From NCBI GenBank assembly GCA_965116925.1, contig OZ220744.1:800001-864000 (forward strand): a stretch of DNA of 64,000 bases, in the 5' to 3' direction. The stretch is from Candidatus Poribacteria bacterium (GTDB lineage: Bacteria; Poribacteria; WGA-4E; PCPOR2b). A model generated the notes under the pieces. That model searched no databases and had not been told where the DNA came from. It was given only the letters and a program-made list of their open reading frames with translations. Shown piece by piece: positions 22,331 to 32,400 of the stretch. Position numbers and translations under genes: made by a program. Positions within the stretch are counted from its first letter, which is position 1; every line of letters begins with the position of its first letter.

Positions 22331-22370
22331 GCAGGGCAGTTAATACACATTTTACACACAGGAGAAAAGT

Positions 22371-25300
22371 ATGTTTAAGGATGTACCCAATACAGTAGAC
22401 TTCGTTACCCAAGAGCATCAACTCTTAGACTTCTGGCGCGACAGTGACGTTTTCCACAAACTCCGGGAGCTGCGACAGGAGGGACCTCGCTGGAGTTTCA
22501 TTGACGGACCAATTACCGCCAATAACCCGATGGGTGTCCACCACGCATGGGGTCGGACATACAAGGATCTCTTTCAACGATTCAAAGCCATGCAAGGCTA
22601 TCAGACCCGATACCAGAACGGGTTTGATTGCCAAGGACTCTGGATTGAGGTCAATGTCGAGCGCGACATGGGTTTCAAAGCCAAAAAGGACATTGAGGCA
22701 TACGGATTAGATGAATTTGTCAACGCCTGCAAGCGGCAGGTGCTTCGCCATGCAGCTACGCAGACCGAACAATCTATGCGACTCGGCTACTGGATGGACT
22801 GGAATGATCCGGATCTCTTGCGTGAGCTAGAGCAGAAAATGGCACAGGATCCCTCACAGTCCCTCACCGTAGAGGGGCCGAATGGTCCCGTCACGGATAC
22901 GGTTGAGCAGCTTGTGGGAAGACTCGGATTGCCGGAGTTGGGCGGATCTTACTTCACATTTTCCAACGAGAACAATTACACCATCTGGACGATGCTGAAG
23001 AAATGCTTCGATCGTGGCTGGATCTATAAAGGCACGGATGTCATGCCGTGGTGTTCACGGTGCGATACCGGCATCAGCCAACATGAGATTGTCACCGACG
23101 GATATAGGGAACTAACGCATACCAGTATTTTTCTCCATTTCCCGCTGCGGAATCGTCCTGATGAGAGCCTGTTGGTCTGGACGACGACGCCGTGGACATT
23201 GACAAGCAATGTTGCAGCGGCGGTGCACCCAGATCTGACCTACGCTTTGGTAGAACAGGGCGAGCATCGCTTCTGGTTGAGCAAGGGAGCATTAGAGAAC
23301 GCCATTCAGGGAGATTACCGGATTCTTGAAGAAAAATCGGGTGGCGAATTGGAAGGCTGGACCTATGACGGTCCTTTCGATGAACTGCCAGCCCAACAGA
23401 CCTCCGGCGCAGCTGAGGGGCACCGCGTCATCCTGTGGGACGAAGTTGGTGAAGCGGAAGGTACAGGAATTGTCCACACCGCGCCGGGCTGCGGTGCAGA
23501 GGACTTTGAATTGAGCAAGGAGCAAGATCTCCCTGTTATCGCTCCGTTGGGAGCGGAAGGAATTTATCTCGACGGATTCGACTGGTTGACGGGTCGTCAG
23601 GTCCACACCGTTGCGGAGGACATCTTTGAAAATCTGAAGGAGAAAGGGATTGTCTATCGTCTCGAAGATTACACCCACCGCTACCCGGTATGTTGGCGCT
23701 GCGAGGAGGAGCTGGTCTTTCGCCTTGTGGACGAATGGTTCATCTCAATGGGGGACCAACTGGACAAACCGTATGAACAGGTGACGGAGGCAGAGAAGGA
23801 ACAGAACCTACGCTATCAGATGATGGAGGTTGTCCTCAACGAAACCAAGTGGTATCCCTCGTTCGGACTCGCCCGTGAACTCGACTGGCTGCGGAATATG
23901 CACGATTGGATGATTTCTAAGAAACGCTACTGGGGGTTAGCACTCCCCATCTATGAATGCGATGAATGCAGCCATTTTCACGTCGTTGGGAGTTTGGAGG
24001 AATTGAAGGAACTCGCCGTTGAAGGCTGGGATGAATTTGAGGGACATACACCGCATCGTCCGTGGATTGATGCGGTGAAGATCGCCTGCCCAAGTTGCGG
24101 TGCCGCTGTTTCACGTATCCCGGACGTTGGGAATCCTTGGTTAGATGCTGGTATCGTCAGTTTCAGCACGATGCAATATCGTACCGACCGAGATTACTGG
24201 AGTCAATGGTTTCCCGCCGATCTGATTAGTGAGAGTTTTCCGGGACAATTTCGGAACTGGTTCTATTCGTTAATCGCAATGAGTACAGTGATGGAACGAC
24301 GCTCGCCGTTTAAGCAAAATTTCAGTTATGCGACGTTGTTTGCGGAAGACGGACGTGAGATGCACAAATCTTGGGGCAACGCTATCTGGTTTGATGACGC
24401 CGCCGAGTCAATGGGTGTGGACGTGATGCGTTGGATGTACTGCGCCGCCAAACCGGAGCAGAATCTACTTTTCGGCTACAAGCACTCTGATGAAGTTCGC
24501 CGTCAAGTTCTCATTCCGTTCTGGAATGTGTATAGTTTCCTCGTCACCTATGCGAACGTTGATGGGTGGAAACCAGACGCAAATCTTTGGAAAGAAACGC
24601 CACAAATGTCTGAAAACCCCCTTGATCGTTGGATTCTATCCCGTCTGCAAAGCACAGTTCGTTCGGTAACGGAGCGTCTGGAGGAATATTCGCCCGATGG
24701 TGCCTGCCGCGTTGTTGAGGATTTTCTGGATGATCTGTCGAACTGGTATCTGCGTCGAAGCCGCCGCCGTTTCTGGAAGTCGGAAGCGGATACAGATAAG
24801 GAAGTTGCCTATCAGACATTGTATCAAGTTATGGTGACGACGAGTCGACTATTAGCACCGTTTGTCCCCTTCGTTACCGAATCAATCTTCCAGAACTTGG
24901 TATGTTCGGTTGACGCAGATGCGCCTGAAAGTGTCCATCTCTCCGATTACCCTGAGGTAGAGGACGAACTCGTTGATATATCACTGGAAGACGATATGAA
25001 ACTCGCTCGTGACGTGATCGGTTTGGGACGTGCTGCTCGGAATCAATCGGGGATCAAGACACGGCAACCGATCGGCTGCATCGGGATCGGTGGTATCTCC
25101 GAAAAGGGACAAGCTGCTGTTAATCGTCTGTCCCCACTCGTTTTGGATGAACTGAACGTCAAGGAGATCTCTTACCACGAAGGGATCGACGAGTTTGCGA
25201 GCTACACGATTAAGCCGAATTTCAAGCTGCTGGGACCGAAATATGGGAAAAATGTCCAAGCGATTGCGAAAGCAATGGCAGCAAGGGATGCGCTCACCCT

Positions 25301-25730
25301 CAAGCAGGAGCTCGATGGGAACGGTGAGCTAGAGATTCAGGCAGCGGGTGTAAGTTACAGGCTAGAAAGGGCAGAGGTTGATGTGCAGTCGGAGAACCGG
25401 GAGGGCTACGCCGTTGAGGCAGATGCTCACAAGTTTGTCGCCCTCTCGACCGAATTGACCGATGAACTCATCCTTGAGGGTTTTGCGCGGGAGTTGGTCA
25501 ATAAGATTCAGCAGATTCGGAAGGAAGCTGACTTTAATGTCTCTGATCGGATTTCGCTCAGTTTGGAATCAACGCCAATCGTTCACGAAGCGTTTGACCG
25601 TCACCGTGATTATATCACACACGAGACCTTGGCGTTGCATGTTGTTGAATCGTCAAGTCCGAACGCTTTTCTGAAGTCACAGAAGGTTAATGACGAGGAG
25701 GCAACGATTGGTGTGGAGCAGGTGACGTAA
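22371..25730 (+). CDS. ileS: Isoleucyl-tRNA synthetase, type 2
   Basis: DGPITAN, WTTTPWTL, GTGIVH.AP, W.ISKKRYWG and a long type-2 C-terminus (EGFARELVNKIQ..RK). Confidence 0.97.
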   Translation: MFKDVPNTVDFVTQEHQLLDFWRDSDVFHKLRELRQEGPRWSFIDGPITANNPMGVHHAWGRTYKDLFQRFKAMQGYQTRYQNGFDCQGLWIEVNVERDMGFKAKKDIEAYGLDEFVNACKRQVLRHAATQTEQSMRLGYWMDWNDPDLLRELEQKMAQDPSQSLTVEGPNGPVTDTVEQLVGRLGLPELGGSYFTFSNENNYTIWTMLKKCFDRGWIYKGTDVMPWCSRCDTGISQHEIVTDGYRELTHTSIFLHFPLRNRPDESLLVWTTTPWTLTSNVAAAVHPDLTYALVEQGEHRFWLSKGALENAIQGDYRILEEKSGGELEGWTYDGPFDELPAQQTSGAAEGHRVILWDEVGEAEGTGIVHTAPGCGAEDFELSKEQDLPVIAPLGAEGIYLDGFDWLTGRQVHTVAEDIFENLKEKGIVYRLEDYTHRYPVCWRCEEELVFRLVDEWFISMGDQLDKPYEQVTEAEKEQNLRYQMMEVVLNETKWYPSFGLARELDWLRNMHDWMISKKRYWGLALPIYECDECSHFHVVGSLEELKELAVEGWDEFEGHTPHRPWIDAVKIACPSCGAAVSRIPDVGNPWLDAGIVSFSTMQYRTDRDYWSQWFPADLISESFPGQFRNWFYSLIAMSTVMERRSPFKQNFSYATLFAEDGREMHKSWGNAIWFDDAAESMGVDVMRWMYCAAKPEQNLLFGYKHSDEVRRQVLIPFWNVYSFLVTYANVDGWKPDANLWKETPQMSENPLDRWILSRLQSTVRSVTERLEEYSPDGACRVVEDFLDDLSNWYLRRSRRRFWKSEADTDKEVAYQTLYQVMVTTSRLLAPFVPFVTESIFQNLVCSVDADAPESVHLSDYPEVEDELVDISLEDDMKLARDVIGLGRAARNQSGIKTRQPIGCIGIGGISEKGQAAVNRLSPLVLDELNVKEISYHEGIDEFASYTIKPNFKLLGPKYGKNVQAIAKAMAARDALTLKQELDGNGELEIQAAGVSYRLERAEVDVQSENREGYAVEADAHKFVALSTELTDELILEGFARELVNKIQQIRKEADFNVSDRISLSLESTPIVHEAFDRHRDYITHETLALHVVESSSPNAFLKSQKVNDEEATIGVEQVT

Positions 25731-25941
25731 GACATTGCCTCGAAGCGTTGTATTTTCCACTTTACTGGGTTCAATAGATGTTCGCATGAACTCTGGCATT
25801 GATAGCCTGTGCCCTTTAAGATGTTGTTCTCTCCTCATAGAAAAGGTTATCGTTTTCTGTGGTGATATATCGTATTTTGTTTGCGTCGTTGTTAGACATT
25901 TTGCTATCATCTGCTGCCAAAATCAAAGCACTTATTCAACG

Positions 25942-26217
25942 CTATCTTTTATAACTACACTTAACTGCGGAGCCACCGATTATACCTATACCGAGTAAAT
26001 ATCCCAGATCATACCACCAACCGCTATTAATCGTCTCGTAGATGCGGATGTTATCGTTGAAAACCCCGATGATAAGACTTAACCAGCACAGCCAGCCATG
26101 CCAAAGTCCCGACAGAAACCCTGCCGGTTTCTGGTAGGTTACTGCACCATCACCGGGCAAACAACCTGTCACTGTTAAAACCGCCAAAAATGCGACTACC
26201 GCTAAAATCTTGTTCAT
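25942..26217 (-). CDS. Small membrane lipoprotein
   Basis: Own RBS (caggggaa) before ATG 26217; lipobox VTGC; AGFLSGLWHG...YE..NSGWWYD.G. Confidence 0.65.
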   Translation of the reverse strand: MNKILAVVAFLAVLTVTGCLPGDGAVTYQKPAGFLSGLWHGWLCWLSLIIGVFNDNIRIYETINSGWWYDLGYLLGIGIIGGSAVKCSYKR

Positions 26218-26514
26218 TGTATTCCCCCTGACTATATGGAAAACTGGAATCCCCACGGTATACATTTGGTTGGATTGATTAGAAACACCAATAAAGTGCT
26301 CCAATGACGAAAGCAACGCCTTAACATCCCCCGGATTGTTCTGCTTGACCTCCTCCACGTAGGGGGCAAAAGCCTCTAAGTGAAGGACATCGCTTTCGGC
26401 AACATACTTGGTCTTTAGATCCTTTTGCTGTAACACATCATGGATAATACGGGAAAGCGTGGACTTGCCTGATCCAGCACCGGGACCGTAGAAGAGGATA
26501 AGTTTAGTTTTCAT
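26218..26514 (-). pseudogene. Truncated P-loop kinase fragment, in frame with the lipoprotein
   Basis: Walker A-like GPGAGSGKST, but under 100 aa before the next gene starts. Confidence 0.5.
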
Positions 26515-26517
26515 CTT

Positions 26518-27018
26518 TTAGTGCGGGAGAATCGGCTGGCTAATCGGTTTATCAAAATCGGCGTAACCTGCAAATGCGCCCAGTTTTTCCCCTTCTACCA
26601 AAAACTGCACCTTCTTAATATGACCCAACATCGGTTGAGTTAAGGTGAGAAAAACGGAATCTATCGTCTGTGCTTCACGGATTAAGCCACCTTGGTGTTT
26701 AGATTTAAATTCTTTCGAGAAGTTTACGTAAGCAACTCCATCTTCAATTGATATGGATAAAAGTTTCGTCTCTTTTGGAATAATCGGTTGTAATTCACGA
26801 CCTTTGGGGCCCTTTATCAACTGGTTTAAGACCCACTTTGAACGTTCTTGTTTGTTCTTCGTATTGTATTGCCTCCTCTCAGGAACAAGGGATGCGGTTT
26901 GGTCGTCCAAAAAGTAGACCTGATGTTCTATTAAATGTGATTCTCGATTGCATCCATTCCCCACAAACCCGAATCCAAATGAGATGACAATCAGCATTAT
27001 TACTTTGAGTCTTTTCAT
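26518..27018 (-). CDS. GerMN domain lipoprotein
   Basis: Signal with GNGC; YF....LVPE.R, LIKGP, AYVNFS.EF, TLTQ and VQFLVEG. Confidence 0.85.
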   Translation of the reverse strand: MKRLKVIMLIVISFGFGFVGNGCNRESHLIEHQVYFLDDQTASLVPERRQYNTKNKQERSKWVLNQLIKGPKGRELQPIIPKETKLLSISIEDGVAYVNFSKEFKSKHQGGLIREAQTIDSVFLTLTQPMLGHIKKVQFLVEGEKLGAFAGYADFDKPISQPILPH

Positions 27019-27104
27019 AGTCTTTCTCCGTAAAATATCTGATGTAATCGACCTTCTATTCTGATGCTAAGTGGGTTCGATCCAACAAATATCAACAGAA
27101 CTGA

Positions 27105-27333
27105 TATACATGTCGCCCCGCTGGGGCTTTAAGGTGTTTTTTATTCCGTGTGCTATATACATGTCGCCCCGCTGGGGCTAAATACACCCTTGACGATTTT
27201 CCGTATCTGATGCACATGGCACTCCGCTGGAGTGCAGGGTTTGGAACATATCGCCCTCTACAGACATGTTGCTCCGCTGGAGCAAATGCCAATTCTCATC
27301 CTCGTCCATCGGGTTGGGAAACCCAACCCCTAC
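27105..27333 (+). repeat. REP-like cluster: four family B hairpins plus one GTAG-type REP
   Basis: acatgtcgccccgctggggct twice, ctccgctggag twice, and cgggttgggaaacccaacccctac. Confidence 0.8.
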
Positions 27334-27401
27334 GAATTCACTCTCCCATTTTCTCTGCCTCTTGCTTTACCTAGGTTTTATGACATGCCGCCCCAGTAAC
27401 A

Positions 27402-28424
27402 TCATGAGTCGCGTTCGACAGCAATCTCCCGCTTCTCCTCCCAAGATTGTACAATAGCTTCCACAACACGCAACGCCTGCAGCCCATCCCGTCCCGATGG
27501 CAGCGGCGGACGATCATTGAGCAGGTCATCGACAAACGCCTTGACACGCCACGCGAAGGTGCCGTCAAAGGCGAGCTCCTCCATCCGAAAGATGGAGGGA
27601 CGGTATTCCTCGACGACCGAATCCTCACGCCGCATCAGAGTTGCGAGACTGAGCACATTATCCACGACAATTTCCGCATCTGATCCACAGATTTCGAGGC
27701 GTTCGATGGGATGCGTGAAATCACTATCCCAACTGGCGAGCAGCGAGGCGACAGCGTCGGTCTCATATCGTGCAGAAATTGCCATACTTGTCCAGCACGG
27801 ATCCTCATCAGGGTTTGCCTCTTTGATGCGCGGATGTGCCATCTGCGAGCAAACCGCGACGATTTCACCACCGAACCAGCGCAACAGATCAATGGCGTGG
27901 GTCTGAAGTTCGTACAGCAGATAGTAGGGGCCCTTCCATGTCGAAACCGGTCCCCCCTGCGATAACTTCATGTCGATGTACGCGATCTGTCCACAGGCAC
28001 CGCTATTAAACCATTCCCGCGCCTTTGCATATCCGGGTGCAAAGCGTCGGTTGTAGTCAATGGCGAGATGCACGCCTTTCTCGTCCGCTTTTGCGACCAT
28101 CTGTTCCGCTTCGTTAATGTCAAGCGACAACGGTTTCTCGCACATCACATGCTTCCCTGCCTCTAAGCATTCGATAACCGGCTCAAAATGCAGATGGTCA
28201 GCTGTAACAACATCAATCGCGTCACACTCTTCGTTCGCTACCAGCTCCTGAATTGACGGATACCAATTGGGGACGTCGAGCTCATGCGCCCGGTTTTTCG
28301 CTTTTTCTGCATCAATATCACAAACAGCGACGAGTTCCGCTTGGGGGTGTTCGAGGTATCCGAGCTGGTGTCGCATTCCAATGCCACCACAACCCACTGC
28401 TGCCACTTTCAGTTTTTTAGACAT
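27402..28424 (-). CDS. Gfo/Idh/MocA oxidoreductase
   Basis: VGCGGIG, GKHVMCEKP and YNRRF. Confidence 0.92.
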   Translation of the reverse strand: MSKKLKVAAVGCGGIGMRHQLGYLEHPQAELVAVCDIDAEKAKNRAHELDVPNWYPSIQELVANEECDAIDVVTADHLHFEPVIECLEAGKHVMCEKPLSLDINEAEQMVAKADEKGVHLAIDYNRRFAPGYAKAREWFNSGACGQIAYIDMKLSQGGPVSTWKGPYYLLYELQTHAIDLLRWFGGEIVAVCSQMAHPRIKEANPDEDPCWTSMAISARYETDAVASLLASWDSDFTHPIERLEICGSDAEIVVDNVLSLATLMRREDSVVEEYRPSIFRMEELAFDGTFAWRVKAFVDDLLNDRPPLPSGRDGLQALRVVEAIVQSWEEKREIAVERDS

Positions 28425-28436
28425 GTTTTGTCCTTT

Positions 28437-28713
28437 TATAGTAGATTTTAGAATTAATGAGACACTCCAAATCGGCGCAGTTGAAAACAGCGCCTACCCA
28501 ACATGGGGAGCGAAAGTGTTCATTTATTTTTTGAATTCACTTAGGAGTTACGCACTTCAGTAGGGAACGCAGATCTGCGTTCCCTACGGACTCCTTATGG
28601 TGCCTCTGCTGTGGTTGCCCGATGAATCGGGCATTAGAAATCGCGTCCATCGGCGATAAATCGCCGAACTACAGAACTCTGAGTGTTCAACTGTGTAAGT
28701 TCTATTCACTATA
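28437..28713 (+). mobile_element. MITE family A interrupted in its right TIR by family C
   Basis: A body at 28437-28541; terminal ttcactata resumes at 28705. Confidence 0.8.
28542..28704 (+). mobile_element. MITE family C (163 bp)
   Basis: TIR taggagttacgca / tgtgtaagttcta; 6-bp duplication TTCACT at 28536-41 and 28705-10. Confidence 0.85.
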
Positions 28714-28743
28714 AGTTATACAAACGTGAAACGTGAAAACATT

Positions 28744-28842
28744 TTGTCTGAATTGCGGATTAACTGGATTGATAGGATTGATGATAGCCGATGGCTGTTA
28801 ATCTTGAGTATCCTTGAATCCTGAAAATCCTGATTCTGACAA
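28744..28842. repeat. Inverted nonamer-repeat element (ggatt.../...aatcctgaa)
   Basis: ttgtctgaattgcggatt...ggattgataggatt versus aatcctgaaaatcctgattctgacaa. Confidence 0.6.
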
Positions 28843-28876
28843 GTGTCTACCAACTTAATGAATCATGCTAATAATA

Positions 28877-29100
28877 ACCTAAGTTGCTAGGTGTTGTTCC
28901 GGTGTTTGTCTGAATTGTGAAACGAAGCGTAATAGGTAATGCGGGGCTCGCAGATTAGGCAATCTGCGCCACGATTGGGATCATTTGCACGACTGCTGGG
29001 ATTCTATAACATAGCCCAAGTCGTTAGAATCAGACAGAAACCGAGTTTTGAAGAAAAAACTCGGTTTACAGTGCTTGGTCTATCAACTAGCAACTTGCGT
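28877..29100. mobile_element. MITE family G (224 bp)
   Basis: TIR acctaagttgctag / ctagcaacttgcgt; 7-bp duplication AATAATA. Confidence 0.82.
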
Positions 29101-29138
29101 AATAATAACATATCGCAAGTTTAGATGATACAAGTTTC

Positions 29139-29264
29139 TAGGTTCATTTAATTCTTCCGTAGCTCGATGTCTTGGTTAACGCAAGGGCGGGGAGACCAGA
29201 TGCCCCGCCTACGGGTTCGGGTCGTTCCAAAATCAGTCAAAAACCCAAAAACTAAATGACCCTA
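29139..29264. mobile_element. MITE family H (126 bp)
   Basis: TIR taggttcatttaatt / aactaaatgacccta; 9-bp duplication ACAAGTTTC; internal REP-like hairpin. Confidence 0.78.
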
Positions 29265-29281
29265 ACAAGTTTCTGAGTCCC

Positions 29282-29310
29282 TTGATCCACCACAATAATT
29301 GTGCTATAAT
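29282..29310 (+). promoter_or_regulatory. Putative sigma70 promoter
   Basis: TTGATC-17 bp-TATAAT with an extended -10 TG. Confidence 0.6.
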
Positions 29311-29423
29311 GTTAATTGAGCTGGCATACAGATATGTGAATACCCCAATATACCCAACATAAATCCGATTCGTCAAACCCGAAAAAACTGTATTCTACAT
29401 CTCATCGCAGCTCCATTGAGATC

Positions 29424-32400
29424 ATGATAACCACGCTGACCAAAGGACAAATTTCTCTGCCAATTGACCATGAGATCCGCACCCGCCTTGAGGGGGGTCG
29501 TGCGGATACGTTTCTGCATATTGTTCCCACCGATCATGCCCGCCTCAAATGGTGCCGTGAATATCTGAAAAACACCCCAAACCGAGCCGCCGCAGGCTTG
29601 CACATCTATACTCTTGATGACCTTGTCCGGCGATTTTTTTATAGCAATCTTAATAGGGGACGTAGACACACCGGCGTGGGGATCCAAACAGTATGGACAC
29701 ATGAAATCATGGATGAGGAGCAATTCCCGTTTTTGAAGCCGCAGCCCGAAACTCGCGTACCCCAAGGAACCGCAAGGCAGTTGAGAGAAGCAGTTAACCA
29801 ACTCAGGAGAAACGGCGTAGATTGGCAGCAGCTACAGAAAGATTCAGTTCCAGACGATGTGGAGACCTCTAGTAAACTGGCGGACCTAATTACTTTTTAT
29901 AAAGCATACGAGAGGCGTCTTGGTTCAGAATGGGTCGATCGTGCGGGCATCCATCGCGCTGTCTCCGAATACTTGACTCGGATCCCTGACCGTGCAGAAA
30001 GGTTAATGAAGAAAATTTTTCCCAACGTTGATTTGGTAGTTGTCAGTGGTTTCGATGCGTTGTTCCCTCACGATGCTGCAATTCTAACTGGCATTGCTAA
30101 CCTGCCATCAATAAAAATGGGTGTTCTCCTTGACTACGATGAAGGGAACGAATCCCTGTTTGGACATATCAAAGCTGACTATGACCGATTCCTGAGTTGC
30201 GGATTTGAGAGGCATGGCGGGGAGCTAGAAACCCCTGACGCGGTCCGCAATGTGCACTTTGCCCGAAATCTGTTTTACACTGATCTGCCACAGGATTCTG
30301 CAATTGAGAAGCTAGCACTTACAGATCAGATCTCCCTATTGTACCCGTCAAACCGCCTCCGGGAGGTAGAGGAAATTGCCAAGTTAATCAAGCGACTTGC
30401 ATTGAACCAGTCCTCACCTGCGTTGAATCAGATATGCGTCACGTTTAACAGGCTAGATGCATACGCACCGCTCATTCGTGAGATCTTTCCCCTTCACGGT
30501 ATCCCCTACACCTTGGACTGGAGCGAAAAGCTTGAAAATTCTACCGTCGTTGTCTCTGTTTTTACCTTACTGGAGTTGCTCCAAGGAGGTGCGCCGCCCC
30601 AGACTCGGGAGAAGGTTTTGCGGAGTCCATATTTTCATACTAATGATTGGGACGCTGTGATTGAGGGGTGCGGCTTAAAGGCAAAGTTGTCGCCGGAGGA
30701 TTTTCGAGAATCCTTCGATCTATTGATGGATACCCTCAAAGTCCGTCAGCAGATTCTGAAGGGCAGTTGGGAATCCAAAACGAGGTTTGCAGCGCACAAG
30801 ATGAACGCCTATCGCGAATTCCGCAGGCTCATTGATGAATTGGTTGAGTCCTTGATAACCGATCATGGGGCCGAAGTGTCTCACTCGTTTGAGAGCTATA
30901 TCCGTCGTCTCAGATTGATGATTTCAGAATCCACTTATCGGTGGGGTAATCCAAGCGACAAAGGGGTTGCTATCCTACCGCTTAATCAGACGCAGGACCT
31001 TGCTTTTGATACCGTTATCTTAGGTGGTTTGGTTGACGGCGAATTCCCTGCGGCCTTCCGTGCTGACACCTTTCTGCCTTCTAGCCAAAGGGAAACGGAA
31101 TCGGATCGTCTGCACGAAGACCGCTTCCTTTTCTATCAAGCCCTCACCCTCTATCGCAAACAACTGTACCTCCTGAGTCCCCAGCATGATGGCGATGTGG
31201 AATTAGTGCCCTCCGCATTTATTGACGAGCTGCAACGCATCGCCAAGATTAAGACCTCCACGGACTATGACAAAACCCTTTTTAGTACGGAGAATTTCCT
31301 CAAAAATTATGGGGCGTTCGTTTGGGAACGTTCGGAAACGGAGGATGTAGAGGAACCTAATCTCCCTTCGACGATTTTGCCGACGCTTCCGTTGATTGTG
31401 CACAACATCCGGGTCGAAAAGAGCCGTACAGTCACGCAGGAATCCACGCAGAAACTCCTACAGTATGAAGGGCGTCTTCTCCCGAACTTGCTGTCCCAGT
31501 CAAGCCGTCGTACGCTTGAACAACGACGTGACAGAACGTATTCGGTGAGTCAATTAGAAACCTATGGTGAGTGCCCGTTCCGATACTTCTCCAATCGGGT
31601 ATTGAATCTCAACATAGCCGAAGATGAGGAAACAGAGCTAACAAGCATGAAGAAGGGGAGCTTGGCGCACAAAATTCTGTTTGAGTTTTACGATCTCCGT
31701 CGTGACGAATCGCCGATTGCTGCATGTGAAGATGCGGAGTTTGAGGGAGCAGTCAATTTGCTTAGACAAATCGCACGAAACCATCTGGCGGCGGAGGAGG
31801 CTCAACGTCCTCTCAACCGGGCGGACAAGTTGTTTTGGGATATTGAGGTGGAAAGGTTGATCGGCGGGCACGGCAGGACCGGCATCTTGCCCGCATTCCT
31901 TGAAGCAGAGCGGGAACGAGATCTTGAGGTACAACCCCGTTATTTTGAAGTTGAGTTTGGCCCCAGTGTCAGATCAGAACCAGCTGACCCACAACTTGGC
32001 AGCACAGAAGCGATAACGGTTGGGGGCGTCTCCTTGTCAGGGAGAATCGATCGGATCGAGCTGGGGAATGGGATGTTCGTTATCGGTGACTATAAAACAG
32101 GTAGCACCACTCCCAAGTTGAACGACCTCCTTGAGGGGCGCAGCCTCCAATTGCCCCTCTATGTTGCAGTCGTAGAGCAGTTATTGAGGCAACAGTCAGT
32201 CCCGATTCAAGGTTTCGAGGAGGATCTTGAATCGGTTCAAGGGGTGGGAGGCGTTTACTATGTTTTGCAGGAGGAGAGTAGAACGGAACTCGGTTTTGGG
32301 GACAGAGATTGCAACGGAAGGGCGTTTCAGGTTTCATCTCGGAGCGGTCAGCTGTTACCCAATTCAAGGTATCAAATCGCGGACGTGGGCACTGATGCGG

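Noticed and set aside
22100..22370. T-box riboswitch upstream of ileS
   Set aside because: I saw no Stem I AGAGA/GNUG pattern and no TGGNACC T-box bulge. The Ile-rich uORF explains the structure better.
22806..22946. Intein in IleRS
   Set aside because: Too short, and it lacks the N-terminal C/S and C-terminal HN splice motifs.
27071..27087. tRNA fragment (gggttcgatcc)
   Set aside because: No proper T stem or cloverleaf context.
27105..27290. CRISPR array
   Set aside because: Only four degenerate hairpins of two subtypes, with similar units dispersed elsewhere and no cas genes. REP-like instead.
28267..28563. ORFs reading through family A (IVDFRINETLQ...), suggesting a coding repeat
   Set aside because: Some copies contain stops, all copies are intergenic, and the net insertion is not a multiple of three if TA is duplicated.
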